A DNA stretch of 64,000 bases. It comes from an uncultured delta proteobacterium. GTDB taxonomy: Bacteria > Desulfobacterota > Desulfobaccia > Desulfobaccales > 0-14-0-80-60-11. The notes under the pieces were generated by a model, which saw only the letters and a list, made by a program, of their open reading frames with translations, was not told the DNA's origin and searched no databases. The position numbers and the translations under genes are program-made. The stretch lies in contig CAWIDL010000021.1 in assembly GCA_963834795.1 (NCBI GenBank), positions 29,938-93,937 of the forward strand, in the 5' to 3' direction. The first letter of the stretch is position 1. Each line of letters starts with the position of its first letter. Shown here piece after piece: positions 50,620-61,040 of the stretch.

Positions 50620-52097
50620 CTACGAGCCTCCCTGGCCGTTTTTGATGCGCTGGATGAGGTTCGAGACCGATACGGGTTCGGTGACCGGGAGGAGCCGGAC
50701 CTCCCCGCCGTAGGCCTGGACGATCTCCCGCCCGGCCACCTGGGCCTCCGGGTAATTGCTCCCCTTGGTAAGGATGTCCGGTTTGAGGCCGGCCAGGATT
50801 TCCGGCAGCCGGGAGCTTTCAAACAGGGTGACGTAGTCTACGGCTTCCAGGGCCGCCAGGATGCGCAAGCGTTGAGCTTCGCCGATGACCGGGCGGCCCT
50901 CCCCTTTCACCAGACGCACCGAGGCGTCGCTGTCCAGGGCCACCACCAGGAGGTCTCCCAGGCGCCGGGAATCCTCCAGGAACTTGATGTGGCCGGCGTG
51001 GAGCAGGTCGAAGCAGCCGTTGGTGAAGACCACCTTCCGACCCTGGGCCTGGAGATGGGACACCTTGAGGCCCAATTCGGCCAACCCCAGGATCTTATCC
51101 TCCGGCCGGCGGACCGGCGTCCCAGCTCCCGCTCCAGCTCCGCCCGGAAGATGGGGGCGGTGCCCACCTTGCCCACCACCACGCCGGCGGCGATGTTGGC
51201 CACGGTGGCGGCCAGCACAGGACTGCCCCAGCAGGCCAGCCCCAGGGCTACGACCGCGGCCACCGTGTCCCCGGCCCCGGAGACGTCGAAGACCTCCTGG
51301 GCCCGGGTGGGGATGTGCAGCTCTGGGCCTTGCCGGGGGAAGAGGAGCATGCCCTCGGCCCCCAGGGTAATCAGCAGATGGTCCAGGCCCAGGTCCTCCC
51401 GGAGTCCGGCCCCGGTCCGGACCAGTTCCTCCCAGCGGGACAGGGAGTGGCCGGCGGCCAGTTCCGCTTCCTTGCGGTTAGGGGTGATGACCGTGGCCCC
51501 GGCGTAACTGGAGAAATCCGGCCCCTTGGGGTCCACCACCACTGGCACCCCCTGACTGCGCCCCCGTCTGATGACCTCCTGCAGCAATGGGGCGGTGAGG
51601 GCCCCCTTGGCGTAATCGGACAGGACGATGGCGGAGAGCCGGGGCAGGCGGTCCTGGAGAAAGCTGGCGGCCGCCGCCAGGAAATCCGGGCCGGCCAGGC
51701 TGCGGGATTCCCGGTCGATGCGCACCACCTGCTGGGTGTTGCCCATGACCCGGGTCTTGCGGGAGGTACGCCGCTGCGGGTCGGCGAAGAGGCCGGCGTC
51801 GTCCACTCCCAGCCGACTAAGCTCCCGGCGCAACAGGCTGCCGGGATGGTCGTCGCCCACCAATCCCAGGACTTCCGCCTGGGCCCCCAGGGCCACCAGG
51901 TTGTTGACCACGTTGCCGGCGCCACCCAGGGTGCGGGTTTCCCGCTCCACGTCCACCACCGCCACCGGCGCCTCCGGGGAGATGCGCGAAACCCGCCCCC
52001 AGAGGTACTCATCCAGCATGAAATCCCCGGCCACCAGGACCCGCAGGGCGGAGAAGCCGGAGAGGTCCAGGCGCCGCAACTCCTCCCCGATACCCAA
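50620..52097 (-). pseudogene. hldE: Bifunctional heptose 7-P kinase / heptose 1-P adenylyltransferase, split by a frameshift near 51100-51120
   Basis: Kinase (GD.MLD, RISPEAP, GGA.NV, SDYAKG, TPN, DVSGAGD) and transferase (FTNGCFDLLHAGH) lie in different frames. Confidence 0.85.
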
Positions 52098-52362
52098 ATC
52101 TTCGCTACCGCCGCCTGACTTGCTCCGGAACACTGCCGGCTCCGCTCCTTGCTTCGTAATATATGGCCCAAGCAGGCCGTAGGTCAAGATGCAGGATAGA
52201 TAATCCTATTTGGGTAGCCGCAGGCTTTAGCCTGCGCTTACGCAGGCGAGACGCCTGCGCCACCGAAAACCGAACGTTCCCAAGCGGGAGTTTGGGAACG
52301 AGAAACCGAAATGCCAAACCTGGCCGGACACTACTGCGGGTATTCCCCCGGGAACGCCTGGC

Positions 52363-53697
52363 TTATTGGCCGTTCACCGGCTGGCCGACGTAAAAGTACC
52401 TGAACCCCAGCTTGGCCATCTTATCGGCCTGGTAAAGGTTACGGCCGTCGAAAATCACCGGGGCCTTCAGCAGGGATTTGATCCGGTCGAAGTCCGGCTC
52501 CCGGAACCTAGCCCATTCGGTACAGATGATGAGGGCATCGGCCCCCTCCAGGGCCTCGTAGCTGGAGGCGGCAAAACTGACGGCCTGCTGGTTTCCCAGG
52601 TATTGGCGGGTGGCCGCGATGGCCTCGGGGTCGTGGGCCTGAAGGCGCGCCCCGGCTGCCGCCAGGCTGGCAATGAGGGCGAGGGCCGGGGCCTCCCGAA
52701 TGTCGTCGGTCTGAGGTTTAAAGGAGAGGCCCCACAGAGCAAAGACCCGCCCCTTCAGGTCGCCGTGGTAATAATCCGCGATGCGTTCAACAAAGATCCG
52801 CCGCTGATCCTGGTTGATGGCCTCCGCGGCTTCCAGGATGCGGGGGGCGTAGCCCCGGGACCTGGCGGTGTGGATCAGGGCCTGCATGTCCTTGGGAAAA
52901 CAGGAACCGCCATAGCCCAGGCCCGGGAACAGGAAGAGGGGGCCGATGCGGCGGTCGGAGCCGATGCCCTGGCGGATCATTTTGATATCGGCCCCGGTGC
53001 GGCTGCAGATGTTGGCCATTTCGTTGATGAAGGAGATCTTGGTGGCCAAAAAGGCGTTGGCGGCGTACTTGGTGAGTTCGGCGGAAACCACGTCCATGAT
53101 GATGATGGGGGCGTTGGTGCGCACGAAGGGTCCATAAAGCTCCTTCATCAACTCCCCCACCCGGACGTCGTCGCAGCCCACCACCACCCGGTCCGGCTTC
53201 ATGAAGTCGTCCAGGGCGGTGCCTTCCTTGAGGAATTCCGGGTTGGAGACCACGTCAAATTCCAGGACCTCGCCCCTGGCGGCCAGCTCCTCCTGGATGA
53301 CCTGGCGCACCTGGACCGCGGTGCCCACCGGCACCGTGGATTTCTCCACGATCACCTTGTAGCCGTTCATGTGGCGGCCGATCTCCCGGGCCACCTGCAG
53401 GACCATGGACAGGTCGGCCGAGCCGTCCCGGTCCTGGGGGGTGCCCACCGCGATGAAGCAGACCAGGCTCTGCTGCACCGCAGTGGCCAGGTCGGTAGTG
53501 AACCTCAGGCGGTTGTCCCGGACATTGCGCTTGACATAGTCCTCCAGCCCCGGCTCGTAAATGGGGATACTCCCCTGCTCCAGGGCCTCCACCTTGGTGA
53601 CCTCGGCGTCCACCAAAATGACGTCGTTACCCATTTCGGCAAAGCAGGCCCCGGTCACCAGACCGACATAGCCTGCCCCGATGATGGCCAATTTCAT
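52363..53697 (-). CDS. ugd: UDP-glucose 6-dehydrogenase
   Basis: GAGYVGL, PIYEPGL, KSTVPVGT, SNPEFLKEG, GYGGSCFPKD, FKP.TDD.REAP, DGRN. Confidence 0.96.
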   Translation of the reverse strand: MKLAIIGAGYVGLVTGACFAEMGNDVILVDAEVTKVEALEQGSIPIYEPGLEDYVKRNVRDNRLRFTTDLATAVQQSLVCFIAVGTPQDRDGSADLSMVLQVAREIGRHMNGYKVIVEKSTVPVGTAVQVRQVIQEELAARGEVLEFDVVSNPEFLKEGTALDDFMKPDRVVVGCDDVRVGELMKELYGPFVRTNAPIIIMDVVSAELTKYAANAFLATKISFINEMANICSRTGADIKMIRQGIGSDRRIGPLFLFPGLGYGGSCFPKDMQALIHTARSRGYAPRILEAAEAINQDQRRIFVERIADYYHGDLKGRVFALWGLSFKPQTDDIREAPALALIASLAAAGARLQAHDPEAIAATRQYLGNQQAVSFAASSYEALEGADALIICTEWARFREPDFDRIKSLLKAPVIFDGRNLYQADKMAKLGFRYFYVGQPVNGQ

Positions 53698-53959
53698 TAG
53701 GGTCTACCTCCTTGGGAATTCTCAGGCGGTCGGTGTCGGAACCGATTTAATCCGGAATGAGTCGAAAAAAACTCCCCTTACAAAAAATACGAAAAATACG
53801 AAAAACCTCGGAATCAGGGGTTGCGGCCCCCTGGCCCCCCGCCTGGCCCTCTGAGGGGTGGAAGAATTGCATATTTCTGAACAGTCGCTCATGAGCCCTT
53901 GGCTCACCCGTAAATCATGAAAATGTAGCGCCGCCGCTCCCGGGGCCGCAGACCTCTCC

Positions 53960-56248
53960 TTAAAAGTAATCGGGGGCCTCCTCTTTGCCTTTGGTTCCCG
54001 AGAAGTGCACCGGGGAGTGATTCATCTTCTCTCCCAGGCCGGGAATGAATACGACGGCCGACACCCGCTTGTCGTCCGGGCGGTCGGTAAAGGAGAGGGC
54101 CACCCCCCAACACTGGCGCTGAAAAATCAGCCCGTAATTGTTTTCCAATTGTTTATTGGTCTGAAAGGTATGCCCGTAGGTGAGCCAGGTCTTTACGGAT
54201 TGCATCAGATTCAAATAGGTTTGGACGTTTATCTGTTTGGCGAAGTCTTCGAGGAAAACATAATTCACACTGAAGAAGTTCTGCCGGTTGGCGTCCAGGA
54301 GGGTCATTTTAACATTGGCTTGCTCGAAACCGCCCTGGTAGGGTGTGACTGCCAGGTCTAGACCCAGGGTGACCTGCCGGCTGGGATAAACCTCCGTCTC
54401 CCCCAGAAAGTCGGAAAAGGGATGATGGCGCTGGGGGGTGCCGTCCAGACCCATGGAATCCTTGTTAAAAAAGCTGCTCTGGCTCAGGCGAAACCAGACC
54501 AGGTCTTTGACGTTGGCCTGTCCCTCCTTGTTGAGGCTCCGCCAGAGGATGCTGTTGGAGAGGCCGTAGGTCAAGGCATTGACGCCGCCGATGGGTTCGT
54601 CCCCATCCCGTACCGGCAGGTTGCGGTTGGCGCGGACCGTCCAGCCCACGTCGTTGAGGTCAAAGCCGGGGTAGCGCTGCGGGTTATAGTTGCTGATATT
54701 CCAGTAGGTCAATTCCGGCCGGATAATGTGCCGGAAGTAATTGCTGGCCCCATCATCCCGGCCATAATCCCGGTCCCAGGCGCTGGACAGGCCCACCCGG
54801 GAATCGAATACCTGCCGGTTCAGGAACCCTTCCGGTGGGCTATCCGAGACACTTTGGTCGACGCGGAAAATGGTCTCCCGGAATCCTGCCTCGGAACTGA
54901 AGGCCAATGCCGGCAACGGCTGCCCCTGGAGCGAGAACTGCGGATGGAGATCCAGGCGGTCGCCGTTCAGGCCTTGGTGCTGCAAAAAATAGTCATAGCT
55001 GCCATTCATCCCGAAATATAAGGGCAAATTGGCCACTAAGGGCAAATTGGCCACCGGCAAGGGCAGGGAAGTCAGGGACATCCCGGGGAGCCGGTGCCAG
55101 ACGCTGGGGTCGGCCGGGTTAAGCCTTTCGTAATAGCTGCCGTAGGCGGTGAAGTTGGCCCAGGAGAAATTGCGGCTCAGTTGGAAGGTGGAGACCCGGG
55201 TGCTAACCTCCTGCTGCTCCAGATTCCGGCCGAAAGTGTCCAGCAGGTCCCGGGAATAGCGGTTCAGGCCCATGTAGCCGAAGTTGAAGTCACTGAGGTA
55301 GTTGAAGTCGCTCACCCGGTCCACCGTCAAGCGCAGCTTCCAGTCCTCGGGCAGCGGTTGGTTTACCATCCCCGATACCCAATAGCGGTGGTCGGTGGGC
55401 TCCTGGGGTTTGCCGTCATCCAGATAGAAAAAGCGGAAATTGGCGGCCGCGTCGTCGTGCCCCTGGCGGCGGAACTCGACCCCCTGCATGTAGCCCCGGT
55501 TGGAAAGCATTGTCTGATACAGAGTGGCGTCAGCGTTGTTGCTTATGGCCCAATAAAAGGGGAGTTCTATTACGGTGCCGCCGGCCTTGTGCTGCAGGAA
55601 GGACGGCAGCAGAAAGCCGCTCTGCCGCTCATTCATCACCGGCAGCACCGCAAAAGGCAGATGGAGGACCGGCGCCCCCCCCAGGTTAAATGTGGAGCCC
55701 TTGCCGGTGGCATAACCTTCCAGCAACACCGACAACTGCCGAACCGAGAAGCTCCATACCGGACGGTCGGCGTCGCAGGTGGTCACCGTGGCCTCTTCGG
55801 CAAAATAGGTGTTGTCCCCGGTGCGGCGGATGAGTTTGCCAGCCACCCGGAAATGGTTCCTCTTCAAGAAGAGGCGGCCGTCCTGCAACTCGCCGCTGCG
55901 GGTGGCCAGGTTGAAGTGGCCCTTCGTGCCGGTGAAGACGTCTTCCTCCATAACCATGACCACGTTGCCGGTGAGGGTCGCCACCTTGGTGACTTCGTCC
56001 ACCTGCGCCTGGTCCGCGGTGATGCGCCGGTCGGCCTGGCTGATCTCCACCCGCCCCCGGGCGACATAGAGGTGGTTGGCGGCATCATAGGTGAGACTCT
56101 CGGCCCGGATACGCCAGGGGCCCCCCTGGAAGCGCTCGGCCTTGAACAGATCCATTTCTGCGGCGCCGGCCAGCCCGGCCCAAAGCAAGATGGGGAGAAC
56201 CCCGCAGATTTTGACCCAGCGCCTGGCCATACCCATCCGTTGTCTCAC
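53960..56248 (-). CDS. lptD: LPS-assembly outer membrane protein
   Basis: Signal peptide, OstA-like N-domain, TTC....P.W, R.SGFL.P, PFYWAI, QCW; start may be 56230. Confidence 0.9.
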   Translation of the reverse strand: MRQRMGMARRWVKICGVLPILLWAGLAGAAEMDLFKAERFQGGPWRIRAESLTYDAANHLYVARGRVEISQADRRITADQAQVDEVTKVATLTGNVVMVMEEDVFTGTKGHFNLATRSGELQDGRLFLKRNHFRVAGKLIRRTGDNTYFAEEATVTTCDADRPVWSFSVRQLSVLLEGYATGKGSTFNLGGAPVLHLPFAVLPVMNERQSGFLLPSFLQHKAGGTVIELPFYWAISNNADATLYQTMLSNRGYMQGVEFRRQGHDDAAANFRFFYLDDGKPQEPTDHRYWVSGMVNQPLPEDWKLRLTVDRVSDFNYLSDFNFGYMGLNRYSRDLLDTFGRNLEQQEVSTRVSTFQLSRNFSWANFTAYGSYYERLNPADPSVWHRLPGMSLTSLPLPVANLPLVANLPLYFGMNGSYDYFLQHQGLNGDRLDLHPQFSLQGQPLPALAFSSEAGFRETIFRVDQSVSDSPPEGFLNRQVFDSRVGLSSAWDRDYGRDDGASNYFRHIIRPELTYWNISNYNPQRYPGFDLNDVGWTVRANRNLPVRDGDEPIGGVNALTYGLSNSILWRSLNKEGQANVKDLVWFRLSQSSFFNKDSMGLDGTPQRHHPFSDFLGETEVYPSRQVTLGLDLAVTPYQGGFEQANVKMTLLDANRQNFFSVNYVFLEDFAKQINVQTYLNLMQSVKTWLTYGHTFQTNKQLENNYGLIFQRQCWGVALSFTDRPDDKRVSAVVFIPGLGEKMNHSPVHFSGTKGKEEAPDYF

Positions 56249-56319
56249 CCGCTCCCCGGAGTCGGTGAATCATACCATGCCCCCCGGCATCTTTCAACAA
56301 CCGGAGGCCTGAGGGCTTC

Positions 56320-56540
56320 GGCTGGGATTGGCGGGCCTTTCCGGTTAATTTTTGATCTTTTTGGGGTACCGCCCCAGGATTATTATTTTCCCGTAGGGTG
56401 CGTCTCACGCACCAATAATGGCTGGGATTGGCGGGCTTTCCGGTTAATTTTTGATCTTTTTGGTGTACCGCCCCAGGATTATCATTTTCCCGTAGGGTGC
56501 GTCTCACGCACCTCGAAATGGCGCGTAAGACGCGCCCTAC
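56320..56540. repeat. 100-bp tandem duplication containing GTAG-REP units
   Basis: 56320-56413 is nearly identical to 56420-56512; inverted REP partner at 56520-56540. Confidence 0.9.
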
Positions 56541-56874
56541 GCCTTGCTGGGGATTATGGTCTTTTCTCCCTCCCCCTGAGAGGGGGGAGGGCTGGGGTGG
56601 GGGTGATTAGAAACGGTTTTCGGTTTTCGGTTTTCAGTGAGAGGCAAAATCAAAGTCAAAGGCCCCTTGGCAGAGGCAAAAAACAGACAACCGGAAACAG
56701 AAAACCGCCTTCTCGCTCCCCCTTGCGCCCCGGGCGAACCTGGCATATTATTCTCACCAGTGGGACTTTACCCTTGATGAGGGCGGGTTTCAGGCGCCGA
56801 CCGCATCAAGTGGGGCGCGTCTCAGGCGCCAACTGCAAACGCACCTTATTCTAGAGGCAACCTCGTGGCCCTGC

Positions 56875-56953
56875 GCCCCCGTAGCTCAGAAATGGACAGA
56901 GCAAAGGATTCCTAATCCTTGTGTCCCGAGTTCGAGTCTCGGCGGGGGCGCCA
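56875..56953 (+). tRNA. tRNA-Arg (CCT)
   Basis: GCCCCCG..TAGCTCAG, anticodon arm AAGGA-TTCCTAA-TCCTT, GTTCGAGTC, CCA end. Confidence 0.95.
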
Positions 56954-57164
56954 ATAAAGGCAAATACTCAAAGGCTGCCTGGGGCCGCCTTCTTTTTTAT
57001 CTAGGGGAATTTACCGCACCAGAGCCCAGGAAAAGACAAAACGCAGGCTTGGGACCTTTCCCGGGCCTGCGTTTTAGTTAAGTTAGCGGTTGGCCGGGAC
57101 CGGCCGTAGCCGCCCTTGCTCTTTCCCTTAAGTCCATACGGTTCACTTAAGCGGTTCTTTTCTA

Positions 57165-57589
57165 AGGAATTGGTGGGCTCGAGCCCACCCTACATTTTTT
57201 TGTCATGCATCGCTTCGCTCCGTATCTCGTATTTAGAGATTCTTCGGTCGCCTCGGCTCCCTCAGAATGACAAAAGAAATCACTTCGCATCAGCTCCTGG
57301 TGCTTAAATGAACAGCCCGTAGGGCGGGAAAGCGAAGCGCATCCCGCCTTGAGCATTATTCCATTTAATACCAAGTTGCCGTCAAAAGCAGAAGAATCTT
57401 TTGTAGGGGCGCACCGGGTGAGAGGGCCTCGTCGCTCAGGAATTGGTGGGCTCGAGCCCACCCTACATTTTTTTGTCATGCATCGCGAAGCGAAGCATCT
57501 CGTATTTAGAGATTCTTCGGTCGCCTCGGCTCCCTCAGAATGACAAAAGAAATCACTTCGCATCAGCTCCTGGTGCTTAAATGAACAGC
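57165..57589. repeat. Two 152-bp direct repeats (57165-57316 and 57438-57589) of a composite REP/MITE-like unit
   Basis: Near-identical copies containing GGTGGGCTCGAGCCCACC and GATTCTTCG..CTCAGAATGAC. Confidence 0.9.
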
Positions 57590-57769
57590 ATTACCCTTAA
57601 ATCTCCAAAACTGAAAACCGAAAACAGTTTCTAATCACCCCCACCCCAGCCCTCCCCCCTCTCAGGGGGAGGGAGAAAAGACCTTTTCGTCCCGGTAAAT
57701 TAGGACCGGCGGGGTGGTGGGGCGCACCAGGTGAGAGGGCCTCGTCGCTCAGGACCTCCCGGTGGCTCC

Positions 57770-58132
57770 TCAATCTCCCAGGGCCTTTTTTACCGACTTT
57801 TTCAATTCCTCGATCTTCACCGGCTTGGGAAAAAAGTCGAAGATGCGTTCCCGGATGGCCTCGATGGTGGCGTCCAGGGTGGCGTAGGCGGTCAACATGA
57901 TCACCTTGGTGTTCGGATAAAGACGGTTCACTTCCCGCAGGATATCCATGCCGCTGATCTGTTCCATCATTAAATCGGTGACCACGAGATCATAGGGCGT
58001 ATGCTGGAGGGCTTCCAGGGCCAGTTGGCTGTCGGTGAAGGTCTCCACCTCATAGCCTTCGTTTTGCAAAATGACTTTGGCCATGTCGCATACGATCTTC
58101 TCATCGTCCACCACGAGAATCTTTTTTGCCAT
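57770..58132 (-). CDS. Single-domain response regulator
   Basis: ILVVDDE, DLVVTDL.M, TAY, KP. Confidence 0.93.
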   Translation of the reverse strand: MAKKILVVDDEKIVCDMAKVILQNEGYEVETFTDSQLALEALQHTPYDLVVTDLMMEQISGMDILREVNRLYPNTKVIMLTAYATLDATIEAIRERIFDFFPKPVKIEELKKSVKKALGD

Positions 58133-58143
58133 CTTCCGCCCCC

Positions 58144-59577
58144 TTATCCGGTTAGTGAGGGTAACTTGATGATGAATCTGGTCCCTTTGCCCTCTTCGCT
58201 TTCCACGAAAATATCGCCATGATGCTCCCGGATGATTCCGTAGCTCACGGAAAGGCCCAAACCAGTGCCCTTGGTGCCTTTGGTGGAGAAGAAGGGATCG
58301 AAAATGTTGGGCAAAATCTCTTGGGGAATGCCGGTCCCGGTGTCCCTGACCTCCAGGATGAGATTGCCGGTCTCTGAGTCGTGACCGGCGCTGATGAACA
58401 AGTCTCCGCCCTTGGGCATGGCTTGAATGGCGTTAATAAACAGATTGACCAGAACCTGCTCGATTTGGGAGGCGTCCACGTAAACGGGGGGCAGGTCCTG
58501 GGCCAGGACCACGTGCTGGTTTACCCCGGCCAGTTTCAATTGGTTGCCCACCAGGAGGAGGCTGACGTGGATGATATCCTTTAAGTCCGCCTCCTTAAGC
58601 TCTTGTTTCTTTTGGCGGGAGAAATCCAACAGCTTTTCAACGATCTTGTGAATCCGCTCCGTCTGGTTATAAATATCCCCCATATAGATCTTTTTCTCTT
58701 CATCCCCCAGCATATCATAGATGCTGAGGTAGGTCTGAGCCATCAAGGAGATATTGTTCAGGGGATTGCCCAGCTCATGGGCGACGCCGGAGATCATGAC
58801 CCCCAGGGAGGCCAGCTTCCCGGCTTGCAGCATCTCTTCTTCACGCTTCGCCAGTTGCCCGGCCATGTCTGAGATGGCCTTAATGGCTATTTCGATTTCA
58901 TTTTGGGGTGAGATGGTTTTCACCGCCACCTCCTGGAACCGCCCTTCCGACACTATTTTAATCATGCGCGCCATGATATTCATTTCTTCGATAATCAGCC
59001 TGAAAAAGTATTTCCAGAGGATTAACTGAATAATAAAAATAATTCCCAGGGCGGCTATCAGCATTAAGACGTTGTTATTTATGGTGCGGCTGACATTTTC
59101 CCTCTCCAGTTTGAGAAGCCCCTCGGATACCAGGGTTAACTCCTGCCCCCGGCTCCTCAGCTCCTCCCCGAAATCCCGGGGAGCCGCCTTGCCGTCCACG
59201 AGGTTATTCACCAGGGAGCGGTATTCCTTGAGGATATCCAGTAAGCGATCATAGTTCTTCCGGCCCGGACCGCGCAAGATCGGCCCCATAAAGGATTTTG
59301 ATGACAAAATAATATGATATTCTTCCTCACCCAGCTTGGCCGATTCTTTCAAGGCATTAATGTCGTTATATAAGAAGTAATTCTTCTCCGCCTTGCGCAT
59401 CTCCAGAAGGGCAATATTGATATCATCTATTCTTTCTATGGACCGTAATTTTGATAAAACATCTTCAAATGAAAAATAGACGAACAAGCCGATGACACAG
59501 ATCATGATCGCCTGGATCACGGCCGACACGATGATTCTTTGTCTAATCGTCATCTTGGGGAAATGAGGAAGTCTCAT
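58144..59577 (-). CDS. Membrane sensor histidine kinase
   Basis: Two TM helices with periplasmic domain (R..EKNYFL), AHELGNPL, NLFINA, DTGTG, GTGLGL. Confidence 0.93.
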   Translation of the reverse strand: MRLPHFPKMTIRQRIIVSAVIQAIMICVIGLFVYFSFEDVLSKLRSIERIDDINIALLEMRKAEKNYFLYNDINALKESAKLGEEEYHIILSSKSFMGPILRGPGRKNYDRLLDILKEYRSLVNNLVDGKAAPRDFGEELRSRGQELTLVSEGLLKLERENVSRTINNNVLMLIAALGIIFIIQLILWKYFFRLIIEEMNIMARMIKIVSEGRFQEVAVKTISPQNEIEIAIKAISDMAGQLAKREEEMLQAGKLASLGVMISGVAHELGNPLNNISLMAQTYLSIYDMLGDEEKKIYMGDIYNQTERIHKIVEKLLDFSRQKKQELKEADLKDIIHVSLLLVGNQLKLAGVNQHVVLAQDLPPVYVDASQIEQVLVNLFINAIQAMPKGGDLFISAGHDSETGNLILEVRDTGTGIPQEILPNIFDPFFSTKGTKGTGLGLSVSYGIIREHHGDIFVESEEGKGTRFIIKLPSLTG

Positions 59578-59799
59578 GAGCCTCTTGCAAAAGTCATATC
59601 AATGGCGAAATCAACGTTATTGACTTGTTCCCTCCCCCTCGAGGGGGCGACACCGGGTGGGGGTGGCGAAAATAAATATGTTTGATCCAATAGTTACCAA
59701 CGACTGACGCCCCCCTCCCCCTAACCCCCTCCCCCCGTGGGGAGGGGGAAAAGACGCCTTAACCGGTTTAACCGGACTTTTGCAAGACCCTCTCATGAG
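59572..59799. mobile_element. MITE-like element
   Basis: 13-bp perfect IR TCTTGCAAAAGTC (59583/59787), internal palindromes, flanked by direct TCTCATGAG. Confidence 0.65.
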
Positions 59800-59989
59800 A
59801 CAGAATATTAATGGGAGCGGAAAAGAGATTAAATTCCCCCTCACCCTTACCCTCTCCCCCAATGGGGGAGAGGGGATAAAGATGGAACCCCTTTCATGCT
59901 TCCGTTAATAAATAATAGAGATCCCATGGTTCCCCGCCCTGAAGGGCGAGGCGGCTGCATCTTGACCACCCCGACCGAAATCAGGCCGG

Positions 59990-60922
59990 CTAAAAAGCAC
60001 TGAAACGGTGGGACTGAATGGCCTCTTCCAGCCGCTTCTCCACCGCCTCCGGGGCCATCTCCTTTTCCAGTTGGGGCAACAGCTTTTTTTCCTCTCTGTA
60101 GGATTTGAGAAACAGTTTGATGGCCATGGCGATGCTGGCAAGGCCCGCCAGGGTGATGATCGCATCGATGATGGACCAGTAGCCCAAACCGAACATGCGG
60201 GTGAAGATAGTGCCAATGGCGATCAAGGTCAGGCCGGTTCTTAAATAAGAGAGTTCCGTGCGCTGCTTGGCCAGGATGGTGCGATATTGGGAGAGATTGG
60301 TGCGCGCCTGGGCCAGACTGGTGCGGCCCCCACTCATGCGGGTGCGGACTTCGGCGAGCTTATTGCGCATCTCTGCCCATTCGGTGCGGCTCTGGGCCCA
60401 ATCGGTGCGGCTCTGGGCCAGGACGTTGCGCTCCTCCGCCAGGTTTGTCCGCTTCTCAGCCAGTTCGGTGCGGTTCCCGGCCAGTTCGGTGCGTCGGTTG
60501 GCCAACTCCGTGCGGCCCTGGGCCAGCTCGGTGCGCTTCTCGGCCAGTTCGGTGCGTTTGTCGGATAGTTTGGTGCGCCGGTTGGCCAACTCCGTGCGGC
60601 CCTCGGCCAGCTCGGTCCGCTTCTCGGCTAACCGGGTCCGGTCCCCGGCCAACCTGGTGCGTTTATTGGCCAGTTCGGTGCGTTTGTCGGCCAACTCCGT
60701 GCGACCGCTGGCCAGTTCGGTGCGCTTTTCCGCCAATTTGGTACGGCGGTGGGCCAGAGCGGTCCGTTCCTCCGCCAGCTTGGTGCGGAATTGGGCCAGT
60801 TTGGTGCGGTCTTCGGCCAGATGTTCCCGCCGGTCGGCCCATTCCTCCATGGCCTTGATGAGATCTTCCCCGGCCAGAGCTGAAATATTTTTGCTTTCGT
60901 CGTCGGTCATAGCCAAATCCAT
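59990..60922 (-). CDS. DUF202-like membrane protein with long heptad (RTxLAxx) coiled-coil repeat
   Basis: 27-28 heptads running into RTELSYLRTG and two TM helices. Confidence 0.85.
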   Translation of the reverse strand: MDLAMTDDESKNISALAGEDLIKAMEEWADRREHLAEDRTKLAQFRTKLAEERTALAHRRTKLAEKRTELASGRTELADKRTELANKRTRLAGDRTRLAEKRTELAEGRTELANRRTKLSDKRTELAEKRTELAQGRTELANRRTELAGNRTELAEKRTNLAEERNVLAQSRTDWAQSRTEWAEMRNKLAEVRTRMSGGRTSLAQARTNLSQYRTILAKQRTELSYLRTGLTLIAIGTIFTRMFGLGYWSIIDAIITLAGLASIAMAIKLFLKSYREEKKLLPQLEKEMAPEAVEKRLEEAIQSHRFSAF

Positions 60923-61040
60923 TTAACCTGGCCCTTTTCGAGCCCGGTTGTTTCAGGGGGCGCAACGCGCCCCAGGTGTTCGCCATTCCGGAGGCATTTT
61001 CCTTTGATGGCCTTTGGAGACCCCTTCCCAGTCGGAAGAC

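Noticed and set aside
51095-51125. Programmed frameshift in hldE
   Set aside because: No slippery heptamer or homopolymer at the junction
52366-53700. 444-aa plus-strand ORF mirroring ugd
   Set aside because: Antisense in-register shadow; no RBS or motifs
55094-56854. 586-aa plus-strand ORF
   Set aside because: Antisense to lptD and runs through REP repeats
57162-57563. 133-aa ORF with an internal duplication
   Set aside because: Translation of the 152-bp non-coding repeats
56320-57589. Possible CRISPR array
   Set aside because: Only two copies of each long repeat, no unique regular spacers, no cas genes
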